This document shows positions 1 through 8,236 of a stretch of 64,000 nucleotides of DNA, in pieces. Source of the stretch: Chloroflexota bacterium (GTDB taxonomy: Bacteria > Chloroflexota > UBA11872). A program made the position numbers and the translations under genes. The stretch covers positions 1,615-65,614 of the forward strand of contig WTFW01000063.1 of the NCBI GenBank assembly GCA_011523785.1. Direction: 5' to 3'. Below the pieces are notes generated by a model. That model saw only the letters and a program-made list of their open reading frames with translations. It did no database searches and had not been told where the DNA came from. Every line of letters starts with the position of its first letter. The first letter of the stretch is position 1.

Positions 1-2
1 GG

Positions 3-902
3 CACCTGCTGGCGGAGGCGCTGGACGGTCTGGACCGTCAGGCGCTGCAGGACTTCGAAGTGGTGGTGGTGGACGACGGTTCAGACGACGATACGGTGGC
101 CTGGATGCGCGCGCAGCGGCCTGCCGATCGGGTTGTGGTACTCCCGAACCAGCGGGGCCTTGCGGCGGCGCTCAATCAAGGTCTCGAGGTCGCTCGCGGG
201 AAGTACATTGCGCTGCTGAATAACGACGCGGTGCCGGAACCAGGATGGCTGGCGGCGCTGGACGAGGCGTTCGCAACGGCGCCGGACGCCAGCTTTCTGG
301 CTTCGCGGATCCTGCTGTACGACGATCCGTCGCGCCTGCACGCGGCGGGTGACACGTATGGCCGCAACGGGCTGCCGGCGAATCGCGGGGTCTGGCAGCG
401 GGACAGTCCGATCTACCGGGAGCCGTGCGACGTGTTTGGGGCCTGCGCGGCCGCGTCCGCCTATCGGCGCGAGCTGTTCGACGACGTCGGCGTCTTTGAC
501 GAAGACCTGGTGATGTACTGCGAGGACGTGGATCTTGACTGGCGAGCGCAGATGGCGGGGCATCGATGCCGCTATGTGCCGGACGCGGTGGTGCGACATC
601 GCTTGAGTGCCACCGCGGGCGGACCGATCGCCAGCTACCTGGTGGCACGCAATCGACCGCTGGTGGCGGTGATGAATATGCCCGGGTTCTTGTGGCGGCG
701 CGGTTGGTGGCGAATTGCCTGGGCGCAGCTTAAACTGATGGTTGCGGCGCTGCGCGCGATTCAGGGACGAGCGGCGCGCGCCACGCTGGCGGGCCAGTTG
801 GCGTCAATTGCGCATCTGCCTCGGGCCTGGAGCAAGCGGTCGCGCCGCCAGCGCTCACGCCGCGTGGCAGACGCGTACATCGACGCCTTACTCGAGCGTT
901 GA
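3..902 (+). CDS. Glycosyltransferase family 2, 5'-truncated at the window edge
   Basis: The reading frame is open from base 3 (HLLAEALDGLDRQALQDFEVVVVDDGSDDDT...). It carries the GT2 nucleotide-binding signature VVDDGS and the DxD-like CEDVDLD motif. The ORF track reports only the 60..902 portion. Confidence 0.75.
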   Translation, partial: HLLAEALDGLDRQALQDFEVVVVDDGSDDDTVAWMRAQRPADRVVVLPNQRGLAAALNQGLEVARGKYIALLNNDAVPEPGWLAALDEAFATAPDASFLASRILLYDDPSRLHAAGDTYGRNGLPANRGVWQRDSPIYREPCDVFGACAAASAYRRELFDDVGVFDEDLVMYCEDVDLDWRAQMAGHRCRYVPDAVVRHRLSATAGGPIASYLVARNRPLVAVMNMPGFLWRRGWWRIAWAQLKLMVAALRAIQGRAARATLAGQLASIAHLPRAWSKRSRRQRSRRVADAYIDALLER

Positions 903-914
903 CGCAGGTGGAGG

Positions 915-1295
915 ATGACCATGGGGTTTTTTCGGCGACTCTTCGGCGGCGGTGACGGCGGATCGAAGGAGCCCGTCGACACCGCGTGGCATTTCTACGT
1001 CAAGAGCAAATACGCGGACGAGATTATTGACGTGCGCGTGGATCCGAACGCCGACCTCTCACCGGAGTTCGACGGACCCGGCGACGGGGCGTCGCATTAC
1101 ACGACGAACAAGGACATTATTGGAGCCAAGAGCTTTCGAACTATCAATCTGTACCTGGTATTCGATGCGGGTCGGGCCTATACCGGCGACTACACGATCG
1201 AGGGCGGCGAGTTGGTGGATCAGGCCGCCTATGAGGCCTGGCAGGCACGCGAAGCGGCTGCAACGGCCGGAGACGCCGACACGGACAACGGGTAG
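915..1295 (+). CDS. Hypothetical soluble protein, 126 aa, family not recognised
   Basis: A strong Shine-Dalgarno GGTGGAGG sits 6-7 nt upstream of ATG 915. The composition looks protein-like and non-repetitive (MTMGFFRRLFGGGDGGSKEPVDTAWHFYVKSKYADEIIDV...), and the gene is embedded in the glycan locus. I cannot assign a family from sequence. Confidence 0.6.
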   Translation: MTMGFFRRLFGGGDGGSKEPVDTAWHFYVKSKYADEIIDVRVDPNADLSPEFDGPGDGASHYTTNKDIIGAKSFRTINLYLVFDAGRAYTGDYTIEGGELVDQAAYEAWQAREAAATAGDADTDNG

Positions 1296-1325
1296 CGGCC
1301 GCCCGGGTCCGTAGGCGCACATGCG

Positions 1326-2711
1326 GTGACCACCGCCAGACTGTCCGGCGCCGGCCCACCGCTGACAATGCTCGCGGCGCTGGCCGCGGCCGCGGCCCTG
1401 GCCGGCGTGCTGGCGGGCGCCCGAACGCCGCCGGCGGCGCTGGCCGGAGGAGTGGCCGCGTTGGGCGTGGCCCTGGGCCTGGCACGACCGGCCTTGGGCC
1501 TTGCGGCGGCCCTGGCGGTTGCCATGCTGGCTCCCTTTCTCGTGGCGCCGCAACGGCTTGGCGTGCAACCGCCGGTGCTGGACCTGATCGTGGCGGCGAC
1601 AGTGGCGGGCGCCGCGATCCGAGCTATCCGGGGCCGGCCGGCGTTTGCTGGCGGATGGAACCTGATTCCCCGGTGGCTTCCGGTCGTTGTGGCGCTGGGG
1701 GCGGTGTTGCCCCTGGCGGCGGGCGCGGCAGCCTTTGGCGCGTCAAGCGACGGCGAGGCGGCGCAACTGGCGGTAAAGATGTCGCTCTACGCGCTGGTTC
1801 CACTGGTGGTTGCGGTGTTGGTGCAGGGTAGGCGCTCGATGCCGAGGCTCAGCGCTCTCGTGACGGCGGCGGCAGCCATGCAGGCCGGCGTGGCGATCGG
1901 TTTGCACCTGGCGGGCGAGGCGGGCATCCAGTTTCTCGAGTCACTCGGAACGGCCGGATACCCCACCTCGGACGTGGCGCGCTTTCTGCCGGACCAGGTC
2001 ACGGCGCGAGCCACGGGGCTGCTGGTCGATCCCAACGTTTTGGGCGTCACCCTGGCGGCGGCGTTGCCGTTTGGGTTGACGTGGATTGGCGGCGGCCAAC
2101 GGCGCACCGCGCTGGGACTGGCCGCCCTCGCGCTGATTGGCGGGGCCCTGGCGTTGACCATTTCCCGGGCAAGCTGGATTGCTTGCGCCGCCGGTCTGCT
2201 GGTATGGCTGGCGCTGGTGCGACCGCGCCTGGCGGCCGCGGCGGCCGCGGTGCTGGGCGTAGCGGTAGCGGCCGCTCCCCTGGAACCCTTCGAGCGGATT
2301 CGCCAGGGCTTGCTGGGCGAGGATCGTTCGGCGGCGCTGCGAATCGGCGAGATTCGAGAGGCACTCCGGGTTATCGGCAGGTTTCCGCTGTTGGGCGTGG
2401 GGTATGGCGACCCGCCGCATCCAGACATCTTTGCCGGGGTTTCCAATGCGTGGCTTTGGCTGGCGGAGCGGGCGGGCGTGCTGGCCGCGCTGGCCCACCT
2501 GGGACTGCTGGGAGGCGCCGCCACGGCGGCCATCAAGACGACCGCCGCCGACCCCGCGCTGCGACCGCTGCTTGCCTCGCTGGCGGCGTTCGGGGTTGCC
2601 GGTGTGTTCGATCACCACATCGTGAGTTTCCCGCACCTGGTGTTTCTGGTTGGAGGACTCGCCGGGCTGGTCGTGAACCAGGCGGGCAACCGCGCGTCAA
2701 GTCCGGCATGA
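1326..2711 (+). CDS. O-antigen ligase / Wzy-type polymerase family integral membrane protein
   Basis: The protein is a multi-pass hydrophobic membrane protein. It contains the Wzy_C-like motif ISRASWIACAAGLLVWLALVRPR and a periplasmic loop. Its stop overlaps the next start (ATGA). The start codon is uncertain: a GTG at 1326, or a downstream Met. Confidence 0.65.
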   Translation: MTTARLSGAGPPLTMLAALAAAAALAGVLAGARTPPAALAGGVAALGVALGLARPALGLAAALAVAMLAPFLVAPQRLGVQPPVLDLIVAATVAGAAIRAIRGRPAFAGGWNLIPRWLPVVVALGAVLPLAAGAAAFGASSDGEAAQLAVKMSLYALVPLVVAVLVQGRRSMPRLSALVTAAAAMQAGVAIGLHLAGEAGIQFLESLGTAGYPTSDVARFLPDQVTARATGLLVDPNVLGVTLAAALPFGLTWIGGGQRRTALGLAALALIGGALALTISRASWIACAAGLLVWLALVRPRLAAAAAAVLGVAVAAAPLEPFERIRQGLLGEDRSAALRIGEIREALRVIGRFPLLGVGYGDPPHPDIFAGVSNAWLWLAERAGVLAALAHLGLLGGAATAAIKTTAADPALRPLLASLAAFGVAGVFDHHIVSFPHLVFLVGGLAGLVVNQAGNRASSPA

Positions 2712-3775
2712 CGAACGTCGCACTGGACGGGCGAATGCTGCGGCATGACCAGGCGGGCATCGGCCGGTATATCTGGCGGTTGCAGGAGGCGTTGGCGACG
2801 CAGCCGCGGGACGGCATGGAGATTGAGTTGCTGGCGGACCGGCGCGGGCGGCTGCCGGGCAGGCCATCGCTGCCTGTGCGTTCGGCGTTCGCCCCGGTTC
2901 GCGGGCGGCTCGAACGGTTCCTGCTGCCGCGCGCCTTACGCGGGATAGACCTGGTGCACTATCCGGATCATGGGGTTCCCCACGGTGTCGAGGTCCCCGC
3001 GATCGTGACCGTTCACGACATTTCGTTTCTCACACATCCCGAAACCCACGCCGCGGCAAGCCGGCGGCACTATGCAGGGGCCACTCGGAGTTGGCGGCGG
3101 GCGCGAGCTGTGATCGTTCCTTCCGAACATGTGCGCACGGCGATCCTGGAACGCGATCTGGCGGATGAAGCTCGGATGACGGTCATTCCCTACGCGCCGG
3201 GGCTGTCGGCGACCAACGAAACCTGCGACGAGCGGGCCTGGCCAGGACCGTTTGGGCTGATGGTTGGCACGATTCAGCCGCGCAAGAACGTGGCGTTGGC
3301 GGCGCGCGCCTTTGGCGCATCGTCGTTTGCTCAAAACGGAACGCTCCTGGTTGCCGGGGCGCTTGGTTACCGGGGGGCGGAGATCGTGCGCGCCGTGCGG
3401 AGCGAACCAGGAACCGAGTGCGTGCGCTTTCCGGGGCGGGTGAGCGACGAAATGCTAGTTCGCCTCCTGAGCCAGGCGGAGTTCGTTCTCCTTCCGTCGC
3501 TCGACGAGGGGTTTGGCCTCCCGGCAGTGGAAGCCATGTCGAGCGGAACACCAGTGATCGCGGCCAGGGTAGGTACGGTGCCGGAAGTGGTGGGTGAGGA
3601 CGCGCTGCTGATTGAGCCGGACGATGTCGAGGGTTTAACCGCGGCCATCGATCAACTGGCCGACGATGAGGGACTGCGTGCCTCGCTGGGCGCTCGAGGC
3701 CGCGCTCGAGCCGCGAAGTTCAGCTGGGAGCGAACGGCACGCGACACCCTGGCGGTCTACGAGGCCAGCGCGTGA
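2708..3775 (+). CDS. Glycosyltransferase family 1 (GT4-like)
   Basis: The true start is ATG 2708, which overlaps the upstream stop as ATGA. The 2081..2707 part of the track ORF is an overlap shadow. The C-terminal GT1 motifs are present: EGFGLPAVEAMSSGTPVIAARVGTVPEVV. Confidence 0.8.
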   Translation: MTNVALDGRMLRHDQAGIGRYIWRLQEALATQPRDGMEIELLADRRGRLPGRPSLPVRSAFAPVRGRLERFLLPRALRGIDLVHYPDHGVPHGVEVPAIVTVHDISFLTHPETHAAASRRHYAGATRSWRRARAVIVPSEHVRTAILERDLADEARMTVIPYAPGLSATNETCDERAWPGPFGLMVGTIQPRKNVALAARAFGASSFAQNGTLLVAGALGYRGAEIVRAVRSEPGTECVRFPGRVSDEMLVRLLSQAEFVLLPSLDEGFGLPAVEAMSSGTPVIAARVGTVPEVVGEDALLIEPDDVEGLTAAIDQLADDEGLRASLGARGRARAAKFSWERTARDTLAVYEASA

Positions 3776-4983
3776 ACATTCTGGCGATTACCTCGACATC
3801 ACCGTGGCCGGCCACGCACGGCGCGGCGATTCGGAACGGCCTGCTGATCGAAGCACTGGCCAGCGAACACCGGGTGGACGTGGTGACGCTCGATCGGCCC
3901 GGGGCGCCGCCGGTCCCAGCGCCCGCCTGCATAGGCCGGGTCATCCAGGTACGCGCGGCGCCGCCGACGCTTGGGCGGCGACTGCGGGGCGGTTGGCGGG
4001 GGGGCGTTCCCGACCTGCTGATTCGCCACGGGTCCCGCGTCCTGCGCGGCCGTGTCCAGCTGCTGCTGAGCAGCGGCGAGTATCACGCCGTGCACGTGGC
4101 CCAGGCCCAGCTGGCGCCGCTGATTCACGATGTCTGGACCGCGACGCCGCACGCGACCGAACGACCACGGGTGGTCTACGACGCGCACAACATTGAGTGG
4201 ATGCTGCAACGGAGCCTGGCGGAGGCGAGCGCGAGTCTGCGCTCCTTGTGGGCCCGCCGGCAGGCGGGCCTGCTGCGCCGGGTGGAAGCCTGGATCGCGC
4301 AAACAGTCGACCTGGCCATTGCGTCGTCGCCCGACGATCGGGCGGGGCTGGCGGCATTGGGCGCCAAGGACCCGGTGTACATCCCTCATCCGGTGCGGGC
4401 CGGGCAGGCGAAGCCGGATCGGGACGGCCAGTCCGCGCACCCGCAGGTTCTCTTTGCCGCGAACTTCGCGTACCGCCCGAACATCATGGCGGCGGAGTGG
4501 CTGTTCGGCCAGGTGTGGCCAGCCGTTGCGCGACGGCTGCCGCGCGCCAAACTGCGGGTGGTAGGCCCGCACTCGGAGGACCTTCGCCCGATCGCTCCGG
4601 TGCGCGCCACCCTGGGCGGGACCGTGAACGATATCGACCGGGAGTATCGGCGTTGCTGGCTGGCCGTTTCACCAACGTCGGTCGCATCCGGCGCGCCATA
4701 CAAGGTCCTTTCGGCCCTGGCGGCAGGCCGGCCGGTGGTGGCCCGAGCGCAGGGATTTGTTGGGCTGCCGGCGCGCGGCGGGATTGGCGTGGCGCTGCCG
4801 AGCGGACCGGGCGATTTCGTGAAGGAGGTCACGACCCTGGCCACCGACCGGACGGCCTATGCGAAGGCGGCGGAGGCCGGACTCGCGTTTGTCAATAGCG
4901 AACACGATGCCTCGGTTGTGGGTCAGCGCCTGCTTGACGCGTATGCCGGTTTGCCTGAGCCGGCGGCCGGAGCGGCGCCGTGA
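3772..4983 (+). CDS. Glycosyltransferase family 1
   Basis: The start codon GTG overlaps the previous gene's stop as GTGA. The protein has a GT-B fold signature (MNILAITSTSPWPATHGAAIRNGLLIEAL...) and a C-terminal GT1 region. Confidence 0.7.
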   Translation: MNILAITSTSPWPATHGAAIRNGLLIEALASEHRVDVVTLDRPGAPPVPAPACIGRVIQVRAAPPTLGRRLRGGWRGGVPDLLIRHGSRVLRGRVQLLLSSGEYHAVHVAQAQLAPLIHDVWTATPHATERPRVVYDAHNIEWMLQRSLAEASASLRSLWARRQAGLLRRVEAWIAQTVDLAIASSPDDRAGLAALGAKDPVYIPHPVRAGQAKPDRDGQSAHPQVLFAANFAYRPNIMAAEWLFGQVWPAVARRLPRAKLRVVGPHSEDLRPIAPVRATLGGTVNDIDREYRRCWLAVSPTSVASGAPYKVLSALAAGRPVVARAQGFVGLPARGGIGVALPSGPGDFVKEVTTLATDRTAYAKAAEAGLAFVNSEHDASVVGQRLLDAYAGLPEPAAGAAP

Positions 4984-5921
4984 AGGTCGCGGTCTGCGCC
5001 ACCGTGAAGAATGAAGCATCAGACGCGGCGGCGTTGGTGGCGAGCCTGCGGGAGCAGTCGCTGGCGGCCGATGAAGTCGTGATTGTGGATGGCGGGTCTG
5101 ACGACGGCACGTTTGAGGCCTTGTCGGAGGCGGCTGACGGAGATTCTCGGTTGACGCTGCTGCGGGCGCCTGGGACGAACATTTCCGCCGGACGCAATCG
5201 CGCGATCGCCGAAACCGAGGCGCCGCTGGTTGCGGTGACGGACGCGGGGCTCAGGCGATCACCCGACTGGCTGGCGTCTCTTGTTTCGGCCGTGCAGGTC
5301 GAGCCGCTGGCCGCCGGATCGTTTGGGTACATTCTGGCGGCGCCGCACACGACGATGGAGGCGGCGTTGGGCGCGGTGACGCTGCCGCTGGCGCGGCAGA
5401 TTGACCCGTCCCGCTATCCGCCGAGCAGCGGATCGGCGCTGTTCCGCCGCGAGTGGCTGGAGCGCGTGGGCGGCTACCCGGAGTGGCTGGCCCACGGTGA
5501 GGATTTGTGGCTGGACCGCGCGATCTGGCGCTGTGGCGGCTGGTTTCGACATGCGCCAGGCGCGGACGTAGGAATCCGACCGCGCTCCACGGTGGCTGCA
5601 TTCTTCCGGCAGTACTTTGCGTACGCCGCCGGCGACGGCCATGCCGGCATGCTGTTGCCGCGGCACGCCCTGCGATATGGCGCGTACGCGCTAGGTCTGG
5701 GACTGCTGCAACACCCGTCGCCGGTGGCGCGAGTTTTGCTGGCGGTGCTGACCAGCGCCTACCTGAGCGGCTCGTTGCGGCGGGTACCGGATGTGGTCCG
5801 ACGCGCGTCCGGGCTCAATCCGCTGGTGGCGGGCGCGCTGGCGCCGGCGTTACGGATTGTTGGAGACCTGGCCAAGATGACAGGCTTCGTTGCGGGACTT
5901 TCTCGACGGCGGCCACGATGA
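4980..5921 (+). CDS. Glycosyltransferase family 2
   Basis: It has a 4-nt start/stop overlap with the upstream gene. The GT2 signature is present: KVAVCATVKNEASD...VVIVDGGSDDGT. Confidence 0.75.
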   Translation: MKVAVCATVKNEASDAAALVASLREQSLAADEVVIVDGGSDDGTFEALSEAADGDSRLTLLRAPGTNISAGRNRAIAETEAPLVAVTDAGLRRSPDWLASLVSAVQVEPLAAGSFGYILAAPHTTMEAALGAVTLPLARQIDPSRYPPSSGSALFRREWLERVGGYPEWLAHGEDLWLDRAIWRCGGWFRHAPGADVGIRPRSTVAAFFRQYFAYAAGDGHAGMLLPRHALRYGAYALGLGLLQHPSPVARVLLAVLTSAYLSGSLRRVPDVVRRASGLNPLVAGALAPALRIVGDLAKMTGFVAGLSRRRPR

Positions 5922-6811
5922 CCAAAGCCGCCGCTGACGTAGCCGTCGTGATCACCACGTTCAACGTGCGCGACCTCCTGGCGCGATGCCTGGACCGTCT
6001 GGCGGCGGCGGCCGGCCGGCTGACGCTAGAGGTTGTGGTCGTGGATAACGGATTCGGCGACGACACGTGGCCGATGCTGCAGGCTCGCGACGACGTCCAG
6101 GCGATTCGCGGCTCGCCGGAGCTCGGCTTTGGAGGCGCGAATAACATTGGGGCTGCCGCAACGACCGCGCCACTGATCTTGTTTTTGAACCCGGATACGG
6201 AGCCGGAGTCGGAGTCGATCGCGGCGATGGCTGGTGAACTCGACCGCTGCCCGACGGCCGCCGCGGCGGGGCCGAGGCTGACGCTTGCCGACGGATCGCT
6301 GGATCCGGCCGGTCGACGGAACTTTCCACGCCCGGCGAACGCTCTGCACCGCTTCCTGGGTTCGCCACGCGCGTTGCAACGGAGCATCGCCAAGCCATAC
6401 AACCCCGAGGCGTCGTCGCCCGCGGCGGTGCGCGATATTGACGCCGTGTCCGGCGCCTGCCTGATGGTGCGCCGCCAGGCATTTGCGGCGGTGGGCGGGT
6501 TCGACCCCCGGTTCTTTATGTACGGCGATGACCTGGACCTGCAGCGGCGGCTCGCGGATGCCGGCTGGGGCACGTTGTACGTCTCGACGGCGCGGGTGTG
6601 GCACTACAAGCGGCAGTCGTCGCGTCAGCGTCCGATCCGAACCAGGTTCGAGTTCTACCGCTCGATGTGGCGCTATTACAGCAAGCACCACATTTGCGAC
6701 CCGTGGCCGTTGCGTGCCGCGGTTCGGGCCGGAATCCTTATCCTTGGCTGTGGCGGAGTGCTGCGCGCGCTCGCGACCTGGCGACCAGGAGGAACGGACG
6801 GCGCCCAATGA
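5918..6811 (+). CDS. Glycosyltransferase family 2 (rhamnosyltransferase-like)
   Basis: The true start is ATG 5918 (an ATGA overlap); the track ORF portion 5507..5917 is a shadow. Motifs: VAVVITTFN...VVVVDNGFGDDT, YGDDLDLQRR. Confidence 0.8.
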   Translation: MTKAAADVAVVITTFNVRDLLARCLDRLAAAAGRLTLEVVVVDNGFGDDTWPMLQARDDVQAIRGSPELGFGGANNIGAAATTAPLILFLNPDTEPESESIAAMAGELDRCPTAAAAGPRLTLADGSLDPAGRRNFPRPANALHRFLGSPRALQRSIAKPYNPEASSPAAVRDIDAVSGACLMVRRQAFAAVGGFDPRFFMYGDDLDLQRRLADAGWGTLYVSTARVWHYKRQSSRQRPIRTRFEFYRSMWRYYSKHHICDPWPLRAAVRAGILILGCGGVLRALATWRPGGTDGAQ

Positions 6812-8220
6812 TGATCTGGGCGCGACGCAACTGGGGCGGTCTTGTCTCCACATTGTCGCTCGTGGCGGACGTGGTGGCGGTCGGGCTTGCCCTTATCGCG
6901 GCCTACTACATGCGCTATCGCTTCGGCTGGTTCGAGGGAGCGCCCCCCAATCGGTTCCTGTTTCTGGCGCCAGTGACCGTCGCGTTTGCCCTGTCCACGG
7001 TCGTCGGCGGCCTCACGCTGGGCATGTACTCACACTTCCGCACCGCCGGGCCGGTGGATCGGGTCGCGCGCAGCATGGGCATGGTCACGATTGGGGCCCT
7101 GCTTGCCGTCGCGGCGACTTTCTTCGTCTTTACCGACCGCCTGGAACCGGTACGAAACGTGATGCCGATCGCCTGGCTGGTCGGCATCCTCTTCGTCTCG
7201 CTCGGCCGGTCCCTGCTGGCCACGGTGTTGCGCTTGCTGGCGCGACGCGGGATTGGCGTCCAGCGCGTGCTGGTGATCGGCGCCGGGGCCGAAGGCCGCG
7301 AGGTTGGCGGACGCCTGCTGGAAGATCCAAGCCGGCGATATCAGTTGGCCGGCTTCGTGGACGACTTCGAGTCGCGCGTGTCCATCGGCGATCTGGAGTA
7401 CCCGGTGCTTGGCACATCCGTCGCACTCGCGGACTTGATCGCGGAGCACGAGATCGACAAGGTTGTGGTGGCCATTCCTTCGCTGTCGCACGACGACTTG
7501 CTCGCCATCCTGGCGGATGTTGAAGCGTCCTACGCGGACGTATGGCTGCTGCCAGATCTCTTTCAGTTAATGGTGTCACCGGTAATTGAAGGCGGCGTCC
7601 GCGGGCTTCCCCTGATCGCGGTTAACGAAGTGCGCCTGCGGGGGCTCAGCCGCTTCGCGAAGCGCACGCTCGACCTGGTGGTGGCGTCCATCGTGCTGGT
7701 GTTGGCGTCAGTACCGATGCTGCTCATCGCCCTGATCATCAAGCTAGACTCCAAGGGGCCCGCTTTCTACGTGCAGACTCGCGTCGGACGGGACGGACGG
7801 CCCTTTCCCATCGTTAAGTTTCGGACCATGGTTAGTGGCGCCGATGAGTACGGACAGACCTGGACCGTGGCCGACGATCCTCGACAGACGCGCGTCGGGC
7901 GGTTGCTCCGGCGCTACTGGATTGACGAATTGCCCCAACTTCTCAATGTGATTCGCGGCGATATGAGCCTGGTTGGTCCGCGCCCTGAGCAGCCCGACTA
8001 CGTGACGAGGTTTCGCGGCGAGTTCTCGCGCTACATGGTCCGGCACCGCGAGCGCGCGGGGGTAACGGGGTGGGCGCAGGTGAACGGCATGCGCGGCGAC
8101 TCGTCGATTGCAGAGCGCACCCGCTATGACTTGTATTACGTGGAAAACTGGTCCTTGCTCTTTGATCTGCGGATTCTCTTGCGAACGCTGATGATTGTGA
8201 TGCGAGGCGATGCGACCTAG
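6808..8220 (+). CDS. Polyprenyl-phosphate glycosylphosphotransferase (WbaP/WcaJ-type priming sugar transferase)
   Basis: The true start is ATG 6808 (an ATGA overlap). It has N-terminal transmembrane segments, a Rossmann-like VLVIGAGAEG region, and a C-terminal bacterial sugar transferase domain (LVGPRPEQPDY...GVTGWAQVNG). Confidence 0.85.
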   Translation: MMIWARRNWGGLVSTLSLVADVVAVGLALIAAYYMRYRFGWFEGAPPNRFLFLAPVTVAFALSTVVGGLTLGMYSHFRTAGPVDRVARSMGMVTIGALLAVAATFFVFTDRLEPVRNVMPIAWLVGILFVSLGRSLLATVLRLLARRGIGVQRVLVIGAGAEGREVGGRLLEDPSRRYQLAGFVDDFESRVSIGDLEYPVLGTSVALADLIAEHEIDKVVVAIPSLSHDDLLAILADVEASYADVWLLPDLFQLMVSPVIEGGVRGLPLIAVNEVRLRGLSRFAKRTLDLVVASIVLVLASVPMLLIALIIKLDSKGPAFYVQTRVGRDGRPFPIVKFRTMVSGADEYGQTWTVADDPRQTRVGRLLRRYWIDELPQLLNVIRGDMSLVGPRPEQPDYVTRFRGEFSRYMVRHRERAGVTGWAQVNGMRGDSSIAERTRYDLYYVENWSLLFDLRILLRTLMIVMRGDAT

Positions 8221-8236
8221 CAGGGGTAGGGGATCG

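Noticed and set aside
2081-2707. Upstream in-frame extension of the GT1 gene in the ORF track. The same applies to 5507..5917 before the second GT2, 6598..6807 before the sugar transferase, 13724..13804 before HIT, 14524..14619 before rpoB, 33962..34144 before rplF, 35525..35596 before rpmD and 58534..58656 before degT.
   Set aside because: These extensions overlap the 3' end of the preceding, well-supported gene in another frame. They translate to Arg/Pro/Gly-rich junk, and each has a canonical start codon exactly at a 4-nt stop/start overlap or after a good Shine-Dalgarno.
6483-7523. 346-aa plus-strand ORF in an alternate frame over the GT2/sugar-transferase junction
   Set aside because: It is out of frame with two homologous genes and its composition is Arg/Gly/Pro-rich. 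It is a shadow ORF.
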